Assembly (NCBI RefSeq): GCF_006345805.1
Contig: NC_042997.1
Coordinates: forward strand, 188,666,001 to 188,730,000
Source: Octopus sinensis
Taxonomy: Eukaryota
Reading direction: 5' to 3'
Length of the DNA stretch: 64,000 nucleotides
Part shown: positions 1-13,340 of the stretch, in pieces
Layout of the letters: each line of letters begins with the position of its first letter
Position numbering within the stretch: position 1 is the stretch's first letter
Made by a program: the position numbers and the translations under genes
The notes under the pieces: model-generated
The model's database searches: none
The model's input: the letters and a program-made list of their open reading frames with translations, nothing else
What the model was told of the DNA's origin: nothing

Positions 1-100
1 ATAGAAGTAAAATTAGTTCTTCATTTTTACCCAAGGATACGAAGATCACTAGCAGCAGCTAGACAAAGTGTTAAATACAGCTAAGTATATACAGGGAGGG

Positions 101-409
101 TTTGTTTGTTTGTTCCTTCTCGAGCCATGCCTGGCTCATAAGGGCCGGTTTTCCGGTTTCTTGGCGTATAGGTTCCCCACCTGGACGGGACGCCGGTCCA
201 TCACAGGTGAGCTGCAAGATGCAGAAGGAAAGAGTGAGAGAAAGTTGTGGTGAAAGAGTCAGCAGAAGTTCGCCATTACCTTCTGCCGGAGCAGCATGGG
301 GCTTAGGTGTTTTCGCTCATAAACACACACATCACCCGGTCTGAGATTCGAACCCGCGATCCCTCGACCGCGAGTCCGCTGCTCTAACCACTAGGCCATG
401 TGCATCCAC
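101..409 (-). mobile_element. Young full-length tRNA-derived SINE
   Basis: Minus-strand head with A box TGGCCTAGTGG and B box GGTTCGAATC, (AACA)n tail, TSD ACAGGGAGGG at 91-100 and 410-419; CpG-rich. Confidence 0.9.
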
Positions 410-754
410 ACAGGGAGGGTGCTAGGCAGCAGTGGTCTGAAGTTGACTTCATGATTTGGTGAGCTTTCTTACCATGGTCATCCAACTTCATAAGGGCATC
501 TTTACAATGGCTGGAAGGTCATATACAATGACACAGTTAGGTGTTTGTCTACTGAGGAACTAAAAGTAGAAGTCTATGACCACTGGGTTCAAAAGTTCTA
601 TTATAGAGGCAGTTAGGAGTGATGTTATAGAGATAGACTAAAAATGAGACTGTCTCAATGGTGCTATATAGTTTAGCTACCAAGGAAGTATATGCTGATA
701 AGCATTATAGAAATTGGTGGTGAGAATAAGTATACTGCCAAGGAAAGAAAGAAA

Positions 755-910
755 GCCTTGGGTCCTGTAACATATGAACTAAAAATATTTGTCAATGCCA
801 TGGACATGGATAAACTTTCTACAAATATTTGAATTGTTAAAAAAGAAAGCACATGTTCATCAGTCTTGTAACAGATGAATTAAAATTATTTGCTGATGTC
901 ACTGAACTTA
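755..910 (+). mobile_element. Possible highly degraded CR1/L2-type LINE reverse transcriptase fragment
   Basis: LGP...IFVNAM (757-800) and KLFADVTEL (883-909) resemble LGPLLF.IFIND and KLFADDTKL; interrupted and diverged. Confidence 0.3.
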
Positions 911-2242
911 ATTTTTTTGTTTCCTTATTTTATACTTTGTCACTATCTTTAATCCTAATATTCTAACACACTTTGGGGGGTTCATAGTAGAATTAAGCAC
1001 TTTTACCACCTTACTAAGCCAGAGAGGGACATACTCTTTATAATCAACTTCTGCCTGACTAGAAAGTATATTGTACATTTTGCTATGCAGAATACAACTG
1101 TGATACACACACACACACACACACACACAATCAAACACCAGTTGTTAAAATGTGGCAAAAAAAAATCATGAACTGATATGAAATTTGATGATAGTAGTTT
1201 TAACCAGTTTCTTAAAGAAATAGAACTTAAAAAATCAACTGATTCATTTCATGTCTTATTTCAACTTAAAAACTGCTAATTTCATCAGGATCTCTAAGAA
1301 AATTCCCTGCCATTTTGCAAAAGGAGTGCATAAATGGATAATTATCTTGCCACCTTATCTTTTTCCAGTTGTCACTTCCCTATTAATTTCATCGAATTCA
1401 TTATGTTTATTTTTTTCGATTTCAACATTTTCCATCGTATTATATAACTCAACTGAGACTTTATTGTCACTAGATTTAATAGCAGATAACAGGTTTTGTT
1501 CAGATGCAGTGATGATACAAGTTAATTGATTATTGTAAACATCCAGAATCACTTTAGTTTTGTGGAAGAAAGGATGAGAAGAGATATAAACAATTGGCAT
1601 GGCAAACATTGATTAGCTAGATACTAAAATTAAGCAGCATGAAATAGTTAGAAAAATTCATTTTAAGTGTCATGTTGTCAGTGTCAGCTGAACTACAAAC
1701 CAGAGCGTGTTTATCAGGTTAGAGCAGTATTACACAATAAGAAAAATGTTAGCTAATGAAGGCAGCCTATAATAATAAAAAAAAACGGATTGTGAATGTG
1801 AGACAAGTGAGTTGTGGGGAGGAGACAGTTAGTTATGCATGAACAAGGATGTTTGTGAAGTGGGGGAGGGGTCAATAAATAATAAAAGAATTATGACATG
1901 TTATGATGTAAATCATTTGAATATCAACAAAGAAATGTGAGGTTCAGTATACTACAGAATGAATCAAAATCTAGCAAGCTAAAAAAACAAAGAAGAATGA
2001 GGCTGCAACAGACATTTCAGTAGGCCTTTCACTTTCGCAAGATCAACTTGGTGCAAGGGTTCCTCTTTTACTTTATACTTACTGGAGAAGCAAGTCAATT
2101 AACCTTTGACAATTACAAATGTTGTAGGGCATACAGTTTTGACAAAAGTTAATGTCTTTTGGCTCCTTGACAAGATAAGATTTTTGTCTCAATATTTTTC
2201 AATTATATAAACAAACATTAATAGTCCAATCAGAAATATATA

Positions 2243-2453
2243 CTCTTACTTTTTTACTTGTTTCAGTCATTTAACTGTGGCCATGCTGGAGCACCACCTT
2301 TAGTCAAGCAAATCGACCCCAGGACTTATTCTTTGTAAGCCTAGTACTTATTCTATTGGTCTCTTTTGCCGAACCGCTAAGTTACGGGGATATAAACACC
2401 CAACCATCGGTTGTCAAGTGATGGGGGGGGGGGGACACAGACACACAAACATA
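2243..2453 (-). mobile_element. SINE family A, 3' half
   Basis: Matches the 3' part of the full copies at 3661-4141 and 34736-35143. Confidence 0.85.
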
Positions 2454-3660
2454 AATCCTGATTATAGAACTATTTCATCATTAAAGAGACTATATTCATA
2501 AATATCCTCTCAGTTGACATCACCTGACCACCACCCCTAAAGACTTCAGCCATCTGTTAGCAAATTAAATAAAAACAAGATGGCTGAGGAGCAGTTTCAA
2601 AAATGAAAGAAGAAAAAAAGATTTTTTTTTTTTAATATGACTTGATTGAGTTTAACATATTGTAAAGACTACGCATATAAACAGATAGCAACTTCACCAG
2701 GTTATGTGGTTAGAAACAAACACAAAGAAAATAAACAAACAACATAGACTACTTTTGTTCTGCACAAAGAAAAGCAGTAAATATGACAGTCATATTGGCC
2801 ATCGATATAATCATAATAAAATATCAATCTATTTGCTTTTTATAACTGGAGAATGCTAAAAGGGATTTTTAATTGCATCTCTTTAAGGATCAGTTAAACC
2901 AGCACATTTTTTTTTAATAACATCTCTTAACCAAAATCATAACAAAACTACTGTTTTATCTTCTCAGGAATAACCATCTACAAAACCAAACCTTTATTAA
3001 ATCTTTTATTCATCATAGCACCATTTAAAAATCTATACCATTAGTCTGTGAATAGTACAAATTTATAACAAAGATTTTAGCCACATACTATCTGTATGGT
3101 ATTTTTACAAAGCATTTCAAGATTTAGATCTTTTTTGTTTATGTTTGTTTTAAACCAGGAACAAAGGAAAATCAATATTTTTCTTAACAGCTAAATCATT
3201 GCTATTTTTAGACGTATGAAATGTATCTGTGAAAATCAAATCAATAAAGAATATAATCTTCTGTAGAAGATAAATATGTTGGATTAAGGGAGAAGGAAAA
3301 AAATAAGATTACCAAAAAGAAAAAAAAAAGATACAGAAAAGCTAAATCTAATGCATAACAAATATCTCTGGTCTAAATATTTAGAAATAATTTAGTGAGC
3401 TTGATCTTTAGAAGAGAATAAGACTGTCATATTAACATGAAAAACCAATGGATGTCTGTCATGTATCATTTCTTGATGGTTGACTTTCTTAGAACAGCAC
3501 TATTCACTCAATACTGGTAAAAGTATTTTCATAAAGAATGATATTTCTTAGTCAATCAACTAAAAATTTATCTACAGAATTTGCTTTGACCTTGTCACAC
3601 AGGTTATTTCCTAATCAAGCATTTTACCACAGTATTTTTCACATATCAAGTAATTTCCTC

Positions 3661-3914
3661 TTTACTCTCTTACTTGTTTCAGTGATTTGACTGTGGCCAT
3701 GCTGGAGCACTGCCTTTTAGTCGAGCAAATCGACCTCGGGACTTATTCTTTGTAAGCCTAGTACTTATTCTATCGGTCTCTTTTTGCTGAACTGCTAAGT
3801 TATGGGGACGTAAACACATCAGCATCGGTTGTCAAGCGATGTTGGGGGGGGGACAAACACACACACACACACACACATATATATATGTGTGTGTGTGTGT
3901 GTGTTTGTCCCCCC

Positions 3915-3970
<56 letters not shown>

Positions 3971-4141
3971 ATATGTACGACGGGCTTCTTTCAGTTTCCA
4001 TCTACCAAATCCACTTACAAGGCTTTCGTTGGCCTGAGGCTATAGTAGAAGACACTTGTCCAAGGTGCCACGCAGTGGGACTGAACCTGGAACCATGCAG
4101 TTCATAAGCAAGCTACTTACCACACAGCCACTCCTACGCCT
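3661..4141 (-). mobile_element. SINE family A, full length, with internal microsatellite
   Basis: tRNA-like head (GGAGTGGCTGTGTGGTAAG...GGTTCCAGGTTCAGTCCC), central (TA)n/(TG)n, tail GACTGAAACAAGTAAGAG. Confidence 0.9.
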
Positions 4142-4287
4142 ACAATGATAATTTCTCTCAGCTCTCTTTTAACTAGATTTCCCCAGAACTTTTTAAATGT
4201 TCTTATGTGCACATGTCCCCAACATACACTACATCTCTTCACTGTCATTTGCATACCTGATTACGGTAACTAAATCAAGTTCCTTAC

Positions 4288-4350
4288 CTGCTTGATACAT
4301 TGCAGTCTGTCATTGTTCTGAGCAATGTGCCTTTCCATCTCATTCATCAT
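4288..4350 (-). CDS. ZMIZ1: First coding segment (21 codons) of a zinc finger MIZ domain-containing protein (ZMIZ1/Zimp10-like); gene continues left of the window
   Basis: Minus strand reads GCC ATG ATG AAT GAG ATG GAA AGG CAC ATT GCT CAG AAC AAT GAC AGA CTG CAA TGT ATC AAG CAG|gtaagg = [21 protein letters not shown] with a phase-0 donor. Matches the remembered human ZMIZ1 start [20 protein letters not shown]. ZMIZ1 versus ZMIZ2 naming is not resolvable from 21 residues in an invertebrate. Confidence 0.9.
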
Positions 4351-4459
4351 GGCTGGTCTCAGAGTATAGCTTAGTTAGCAGTCATGAAAAACCTGGGTTA
4401 TACATTGGCATTCAATCCAATATTTACTAGAGAGGATGTTAGCCACTCTACAAGGGTAA
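4288..4459 (-). other. ZMIZ1: Start-codon-containing exon of the ZMIZ gene (172 nt: 109 nt leader + 63 nt CDS)
   Basis: Strong acceptor tttagttttatgttttatttctctttcag|TTACCC at 4459 and donor AAGCAG|gtaagg at 4288. Confidence 0.88.
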
Positions 4460-5025
4460 CTGAAAGAGAAATAAAACATAAAACTAAATAAATGATCATA
4501 CAAAACAAAACAAAAAAAATGTAAATCATACTTTTAGTCACAATTTTAACTCTTTTACTTGTTTCATCATAAAACAGTATTCATGCTGCAGTACCAGCAT
4601 CTATAGTTTTAGCCAATTATATTGACTCCTAGTACTTAGTCTGGTACATATACTATCAATAGCTATTTATCGAATGGTTAAGTTCATTTGAATTATGATT
4701 CTTGAAAGAGTTACTCTCTTTTACATACTTTTATATCATAAGCCATATTCACACACATACACACACTATATGATGGGCCTCTGCAGATTTTGTCTACTAT
4801 ATTTCACTCAACCCAAGACAATAACATAGGACGCTTGCTAAAGTACCATGTAGTAGGGCTGGACCCAGAACCAAATGGCTGTACAACAAATTTCTTAAAT
4901 CACATAATCATGATTGCATTTATATATACTAAATGAAAACAAAAACATGCATGCATTAATCAAAGAATAAAACTGAATTATGTACATATACACACACACA
5001 CGCACACAATACACACATATACATA

Positions 5026-6300
5026 CTGTAAAAACCTATGTAATTTGCACACCTGTGTAATTTACACAGGTGATTTTCAGGATGAAATTTGTTAAAAAAA
5101 TGTTTCTTCTCATGTAAAATTTGTACCCAAAAGTTTTCAGAATTGTCTATATGGCCAGGGAGAAAAAGATTTCAATTTAGTTGTATTTAGCATAATTTCA
5201 CTTACTTATGATTTTATTTTATTAAATTTTCATTAAATAAACATAATATCTGTTTAACAGGTATTGCATTGAAAGCTTGCCCACAAGAGATTATGTCTGA
5301 TCTTTAGCATACTTCTGTATGTCTTCTCAAATCACAATCACAGGAAAAGTTGTTAATAATTCTTATCAACAAAAACAAAGCTGATAAATATGCACAGGTG
5401 TGGCAAAATAAGTTTAATTACCAATAAACTTCAACTTCGATGACACTTTACTCAACCAATAGAGGAAGGTGACCGATCAAACTGATTATGTAAACAGAAT
5501 TCTGATTGGTCGAAAATGTTTTCTTGTCTGATTTTCTGCCTATTCTTGCCAGAACCTTTGATATGGAGTATCAACGTGTTAATCCCTTTCACACTTATAA
5601 AATGTCAAGCAAACTTAAAAATTGTCATTACTGTTTTAGCCAGGAGACCAAACTGATAGTTTGGTAACCTACTAAAATAAACATTAAAAATCGAAAGGTG
5701 AAAATAAACAGCTTTGCAAGTTTAACTCTGTGTCTATTGAACAAGAGAGATGCAAAATTTAAGAAGCGATTTGTGAGAATATACACGTCTGTGAGGAGAC
5801 ATAAACAAGAATAGCAAAAATCTACTATTCCAAAAGAACTGGTAATACATACATTACAAGTGTTCTATGAAGAGAACATAAGATTGCTGCATAATTCAGC
5901 ATTAATGTGAAACAACATTAAACATTGTATAAGGCAAGTGAAAGTTTCTGTAGGAACACTATGCCATATTCACTTAGTGAGTATACATGCGCAAGGATGA
6001 ATTATGATGTCATTGTTGACGTTAGATGCAGTAAGAGCTGATAGTCGCAATATCGGCAGTGAGGAATTTTATTGTTGTAACGTGGAGAAAGCAAGCAAAT
6101 AGCTTCCTGGTGCAAACGCAAGCTAGATTCCTAAGCGGAGAAAAACTGATCTATTTAGGAAAATTGCTGGGCTCCATTGCAATAAGTAGAAACTCCAAGC
6201 AATGTAAAATATGGCCCGGACCGTGATTACCAGCACAAATGTCAAACTTCAAAAGTAGTTAACCATTTAATGGTTTTAGTAAATTTATACAGAAAAGGTA
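5026..6300 (+). mobile_element. Possible decayed pogo/Tc1-like DNA transposon
   Basis: Starts TACTGTAAA with subterminal palindromes; CCAAT/ATTGG pair at ~5456 and ~5503; DAKFKKRFV near 5750 weakly recalls a pogo N-terminus; no right TIR found. Confidence 0.25.
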
Positions 6301-7746
6301 AGCATTATACCGTCCAGCATAAATAAAAGTCAACTCCATTATATTTTTTCTGTAGAAACCTATTCTGACATTAAATGAGTCAACTTCCCGTAAGTCATTT
6401 TTCAACAAAATAATTTCTAAAATTATAAGGAACTGTAAGGAACTGAAAAGAACCAAAAAGCCTAGTCAGACATTGTCACAAAGGATTCTCCTTGAAAATT
6501 ACATTAACAGTATGCAAGCCCATGGAACTTAATCACTTATATGCTAATCCAATGAGTGATCTCACTGAGCAAGTAACTGGAGCACTCAATGTGGAAACTG
6601 AAAAGAGAGCCATTTATATTTAAAAATCCTTAATCAGCAACAGTTCAGAAAAGAACTTTTGATATGAACAGGAAAACACACACACACAAACACACAACAT
6701 GCCAATTCCATTTTATAGTTCACTCATCAGTTGTATAATGAAATATAGTCAGAGCACTATAAGCAGTCTTACAACTGTTTCTTTACTTCTCTCAGCCGTA
6801 ATATAGATTAAAAATAATTTTATAGAGATTGTCGATATTTTCATAAACATCAAGGAGAAAGTGAAGAGGGTTAACTTTCTATAACTGTAAGTGGATGACA
6901 GACAAATCTCCCTGAGCTAGAATGTTAAAGTACTACACTTAAAAATTTCGCAAGAAATTCTTTTTATGTATTACCGTCCAACAATTAAGAAGACACAATG
7001 ATTTGCATGTGTATTCATAATACATTCTGGCAGGTTCAAACACAAATATGTGAGTTGCTGGTGTATGTCACAGGAGATTAACTTCACTTTTCTATAATGA
7101 CAATGTGTTCATAACAAAACAACTCATTTTTTTTTAACTTAGAAGACAAAATCACAAGAATATCTGCAACAGGATTGAACCCTTAAATCAAATACAAATA
7201 GTTCAACACCTTTATCTATTTGGCCATTTCATCGCTAAGCAGGATAGATACCAAGCCTAAAGCATCTGTTCCAAGAATACAAGCAAATGTCTAAAGTTGC
7301 CAGCTCATCTTAATCTAGCTACTCTCAATTGAATGTATCCCTAATGTAATTTTGGCAATGTTCAGAATGACACTGTGTGTACAATATATTGAACAGCAGA
7401 ACACAAAACAGTAATTTATTTCTGATTTGCCAGAGAGATATAATTTTCCCAGCTATTTAGAAGCAATTGATCCAGCCATGTGAAAACATTCCATAAATTT
7501 AATGATTTCGTTCTTAAGTTCTTACAGCCTTTCATATATTAATAAATTTCGTAAATATTACTAATAGGGAAAAAGCATTCTCGAAAATTTATTTTCTCTA
7601 AATTGGATAGGTCGCAAGAATTCTATCATTTGTGCTTCTTCAGTAACTGGACATAACATAATGGCAATCAAACCATTTCAAATTTCTATTATCTATAATC
7701 TGCAGTTCTTCATTTGGCTATAACCATCAGAAGTAGGTAATACATA

Positions 7747-7793
<47 letters not shown>

Positions 7794-9004
7794 TACACAC
7801 ACACACACACATACATCTATGTGTGAATGTATATTTTTTTTAATTCCTACAAGTTATTCAAGTTTTGGAACAATAACCTCAGCCTTTGATAAATTAATAT
7901 TGTTCTCTATGTTCACCTTCTCGTACAAAAATTATTTAAGAAATTATAACAATAAAACACACATTTAAATTATCTGTATCACACACAGTAAGTCACATGT
8001 CTTGTTTTACAAATCAAATTAGGAACATCAGAACAAAAGAAGGCCTTGTCCTTTACAACCAGTATATATAACAAACCATTTACACTACAATGTGTTTAAA
8101 CTATGCTTATTCTATGCTTATTTTATAACTACTATCACAGTAGCCATTTACAGGAAACTTTCCTTGTACATTATTCTAATCAACACCCTCCCTCACATAA
8201 TGTTTCTCTAATCATATAGCCACTTTTACTATATAGATATACAAAAAGAAAAAGGCCATACCCAACCCAGATATCATCCTAAATCCCAGTCTGATTTCTC
8301 TAGTGTTTTGATCTGGTTTCTTTCAATTATTTTTCTTTCCTCACATGATTTACACAAGATAGAATTTAATAACATGAATTCAACTTTGCTTAGATGCCTC
8401 CCAAATCCAAATAGTAACATATACAGAATAATAGAATAACACAATAAAAAGCAATAAAAACAGAAAATTAAGTATAGATTTTGGCTCAAAGCCAAAAAGG
8501 ACAAATAATAATTTTAGCAACAAGTTAGTAGTAGAAGATTCTGACAACATTTTACACAGAAGTAATCAGTAGAATAAAGACACCCCCAGTGACAAACATT
8601 ATCTGTTATACCCAGTTTTTGTTTTTAATCAGCTAAAAATAGTTTTAAAATCCTTTCTTAAACAAAAGCTCTTTTATTTATCAAAAGTTAAAGTGATAGT
8701 ATGAAGTTAACAGTCATGTATGTATGTTACAAGTGCATACCAACAAATGTGTCCATTGAAATAAGATTACTAACACAATTAAGAGACTAATGTTTACAAT
8801 ACTGCAAATTCTAAAAATTTCAACTAATAAACTACTGTTCACAGAGATCCTCCCAAATTACATATTTGATTACAGTTGGGGGAAAAAAAAATACTGAGAA
8901 ATGTCAACAATAAAAATAAGGGTGGGTCATATTATTCATTTTCTGCTAAAGGTGACTTTGGCAACTTGTTCCTCCTGCTATAGCAACAAAAGTACCAGTA
9001 ACAA

Positions 9005-9039
<35 letters not shown>

Positions 9040-9395
9040 GAAACAACTGGGGGTTGAGTCTGTTGATCATGTTCATGCCAAGGCCACATACTAATGTCCC
9101 ACTTTGCCTATCCAACCAGAACTGAAACTATTCGATAACAACTAACATAGCAGCTATAATGAATAATGAAATACCTGGCTCAATGCAATGGTTGAAATAG
9201 GAACAGGATATATGTTAAAAATAAATAAATAAATAAATAAATGTCCTAAAAAAATAGAAAGAACAGTATAGCTATTATATACAATATAATATACAAAACA
9301 GAATTATGCTTTTCCGCATTAAAAAGGCCTGGAAACAGCCAGAAGATAATATGTACCAATGACTAAGTTACTTAAATTGTCAAAAATATATATAT

Positions 9396-9430
<35 letters not shown>

Positions 9431-10094
9431 CTACTAAAAATCATTTCATGATTAGATTCTTAAAATGAATTATACTTCATCCAGAAGAGATACTTTGTAA
9501 ATTTATTAAAATCAGCATAAGTTGTCTTCTAGTTTTCATATAAAGTATTTTGACTTTAGGAAAAACTTGAAATGAGGCATTCAAGTAAAAAACATTAATA
9601 AACTTAGATCCTATGGATAAGAAGGAAAAGACTGCTTTCTGTAAGCTCATCCAAGCTATGCCAGGATGGATGCTAAAATGATTATCATCATCTAGCTTAA
9701 AAGTCCACATGGAGTGCAGATTTTAAGCTAGCTCCTGTGGAGGGTTAATTGGGCCTGTGACCCAAAACTGAAGACAGCTAAATAGCACAGCTACAATATG
9801 TCTATAATGATTATATGCCTGGTGGTGTCTGATCAGAGGTTAAGGACAGATGAGAATTAATTCTGTAATGCAATTATTCTATTGTTCCAGTCCCAAGTTG
9901 AATTCCAACTGTTGGCCAATTTGTCCCAAAGTTCTAATCTTGATGTAAAATTAATGAAGCAAGATGGCATGAAACAGCCATGCTTTACCTGCTAGAAATA
10001 GCAACCCAAATACTTTTAAATCAGATTCCAAAGCTGGATGTTTAAGAACCAAATTAGCAACAACAACAATAATAAATACCTTGATGCAGTACAA

Positions 10095-10630
10095 GACACT
10101 GGCTCTCATGGCTTCTGATCTTAACTGATTTGAAGTGTTATCATGTACATGTTTTGTCTTGGTATAAAAGATAGGCTACAGAAAATATTCTGCTCAATAC
10201 CACAGATTTGCTTGTCAGTTGTTTGACCTTAACCAGTTGAGCATGTCCTTTGGTGGCTGACAATATGTGCATCTCTGATCACAAACAGGAGTAATGGAGG
10301 AGCATCATAACCATGTGTTCAGAGGAACTCTTTGGTGTTTGAATAATTCACCTCTGGAAATAGGAGTGTTTTGTTCAACATTCTTAAATAACCCTTATTC
10401 AGGGACCTTTAGAGCAGGATGGGTTACTCAATGTGAAGAAAATTCTGAGCCCCACCTGCAAGGTCATGCACCGTTTACCTTGATATGAGATCACCATGTT
10501 GTGCACATATGATTGCGATGCATGTGCCTGGTATACCCTTATCAGACAGCTAGTCATGATGGGTATACTGGGCTTTGTATATATTACCCCAGTGTCTCTT
10601 TGATGGTATGCATTGCTCTCTTACTCAATG
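10095..10630. repeat. Interspersed repeat (family E), second copy at ~34405-34590
   Basis: Shared block aaatattctgctcaataccacaga(t/c)ttgcttgtcag...gtggctgacaatatgtgcatctctgatc in both places. Confidence 0.75.
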
Positions 10631-11169
10631 ATGATGATGTATATAGATTTGTAGAAATGGTAGAAAGTCAGATTAAATGCCAAACAGTATTTAGTTTCAC
10701 CACTCTACATCTCGATCCTCTCTAAATTTCAGTCCTACTGGGATTGACATGGCCTTTTATTCCTCTAACAGTTGCTCAACCTACTAGAAAACAAAGAAAC
10801 GAAATACAAAAACTAAACAAAGATGAAGTGGACAGTAGAGTCCCTGATATACAAAAAGCTGAGATGATCAATGGTCATGGCTGAATCCCTTTGATCATAG
10901 GTCTGTTCAATTAGGACTGACTGAGGATTAAACAACAACTACGACCATTAATGTAATTGTTTATATATCTCATCAAGAAATTTATAACCTTGTGCCAATG
11001 TAAAAATATATTTATATCATAACTATAGTTTTTATCCAAATTTTTGACAGTCACACCTGGTCATTCACCCATGTTTCTCAAAGTGTATACAGCATTACTT
11101 TATTAATAGTGATGAAGTTAATGCTAATTTATTTCATAGCATGTATGGAGAGATAGGGGGGAAAGAGTG

Positions 11170-13030
11170 TACATATGTGTATACATTCACATATACTTCT
11201 TATCTACTGAATACAGTTATCTCCAATGTTCACTCAGAAGGTATTGTCCATCTGCATTACATGTCCATATCCGATTAGCTACTTCTTTTGCAAACAATTT
11301 CAGTCTAGCTAATTTCTCACCAAATTTGCACTGTCCATTCATTGCTAGATAACATTACTCATCCTAAAAACCGTACATAACTAATCACTATCATTGTCTC
11401 AACAAATCTCTATTCAGCATTTTTGCAGTATCATACTCATAAGAAATATTACATTTTTTTTGTTTTCAATTCTCTTCTTCTCAGTTGGAAATTAAGACTT
11501 AAACAATATAACACCATGCAGACCAGTCCTCAGCAACTTTCTACACTTTGTTCCATGTAAGATGTATTTCTCTCAACTCATCTTCAACTATTCCACACCA
11601 AGTGTTTTTTGATTGTCCAGGCTTTCATTTTTCAGATGGTCTCTATCTTAATATTGCTTATCAAGCTGTTCTGTCCACTGTGAGTGACTAGCCTAACTAC
11701 CTGAACAACCGGTATTTTATTTCAAAGTTTATATTATTTGTAACAGTTTGGGGGTACAGCTCTTCACTTGAGACTAGCTGCACTAGCTGAAGCAGGAAAT
11801 TTTCATAAAGCACCATATGGGGAAAGCTTTTAAATTATTCATATTTCCCTTTACCATTTGTCAGCATTCTGAGCAATACACTGGGACAGATTTTACATCA
11901 TTGCTATTACAGAGTCCAACCTTAGTCCAAACTAAAGATCTGCCAGTGATAGCTAAGCTTAGTCCTAAAGTTGTATAGTCTTCATTTTCATTTCACTGAC
12001 ATCTGGTCAATGTTCATAAGCTTTGGTAAGCCTTGTTTGGATATGTTCCTTTTACCATGCTGACTTTGCTGACCAAGCTTCTTAAATATGTAGTCTTCCA
12101 TATAATTTAATGCAGAATACAGTTTGCTTTTAATATGTAGAAATTTGTTATAATCATCAAAAGAGATAGCTGCTCTCTGAACAGCTTCCATTTCCTTGTT
12201 GGTTACTATACTACACTGTCATAACAATCACCTCCAATACTAATTATGTCTTTTAGGTAATGAAAAGTATCTACTACTTCCAGCAAACTATGTGAGCATC
12301 TTATAAAGCTAACATTATAGGCTTGCCTGCCACTAGCTAGTATCTGGTACATCTAAAGTAATGTTTCCCTGTCAAAAGGCCAGAGATCCTAGTGAACTTT
12401 GCACGAAGTACATAATATTAAGTTTCTATCGACATATTGAACAAAGTCACTCCCTGGACTGTGCTGGGATTTTGTGTTCTCTATTACAACTACTACTTCA
12501 GTTTTTTATCATGCTGACCTTTATGCCATTGACTTCAGACATTTGTTCTAGATCTGAAATGTTTACAGCAGCTACTCAATAGACCCTGCAATGAGAACCA
12601 AGTCATCAGACTATAAAGTTACTTGTACACGGAACTTTTCACTAAAGTCATTATGAATCCTAACCTCCTTCATGGCCCAAGTGCTCTCACAAGCCATTCA
12701 ACAACTTTCTCAGTCCTCACTAGACTATAGAATGTGGAACACTGTCAAAAGTCTTCTCTTAGTAGGCATGTAAAGTACTTTATCCTTAGCTAGAAACTTC
12801 TCATGCAGTTGCACCATTAGCAATATGGACCTGTGGCTTTATTTCTGTTTCAAACCCAAACTGAAGCTTATCCAACCTAACAGCATTGTATTAACTTTAC
12901 TATAAGCCATCCAACCACTGTTACAATTAAATTCCATCAGTTTGAAGCTTCTGTAACTGGCCCTCTCAAGTGCACCACTGGGATTAAAATCTCTCAACAC
13001 AACCTAATTCAGCATATAAGTGGTGTACTA
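11170..13030 (-). mobile_element. Degraded RTE-clade LINE
   Basis: Minus-strand motifs LQFGF, QLHEKFLAKDK, FDSVPH, LYSDDLVLIA (YADD-like) and GYGHV; many stops and frameshifts. Confidence 0.7.
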
Positions 13031-13112
13031 TCAAAGGTTCTAATGCTTTCAATATTTCAACAACTATCACTAATAGATTTTTAGCTGCTCTATTTTGTGT
13101 TCCTTAAGTACC

Positions 13113-13340
13113 TATTTCTTTACTACCCACAAGGGGCTAAACACAGAGGGACAAACAAGGACAGACAAATGGATTAAGTTGATTATATCGACCCCAGTGC
13201 GTAACTGGTACTTATTTAATCGACCCCAAAAGGATGAAAGGCAAAGTCGACCTCGACAGAATTTGAACTCAGAACGTAACAGCAAACGAAGTAGCGCTAA
13301 GCATTTCACCCGGCGTGCTAATATTTCTGCCGGCCCGCCG
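13113..13340 (-). mobile_element. SINE family B, full length
   Basis: B-box-like GAGTTCAAATTC; same body as 19018-19250; TSD CCTTAAGTACC at 13102-13112 and 13341-13351. Confidence 0.9.

Noticed and set aside
330-409. tRNA-like sequence (also heads at ~4070-4141 and ~34736-34810)
   Set aside because: SINE heads with A/B boxes continuing into SINE bodies; no complete cloverleaf.
472-570. Exon-like unit with donor CATG|gtaaga
   Set aside because: Phase-0 translation stops (…KMPL*) and does not resemble ZMIZ.
908-1138. Minus-strand ORF (...QAEVDYKEYVPLWLSKVVKVLNSTMNPPKCVRILGLK...) as the second ZMIZ coding exon
   Set aside because: No resemblance to the expected continuation (HLQNPANF...ELLDWCGDPRAFQ); the best acceptors give early stops in phase 0.
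1355-1609. 84-aa minus-strand ORF
   Set aside because: No recognisable motif; in-frame stop just before the ATG blocks use of the nearby acceptor; probably decayed repeat or chance.
2082-2200. Strong minus-strand donor CCA|gtaagt
   Set aside because: No acceptable acceptor upstream; open frame has no recognisable product.
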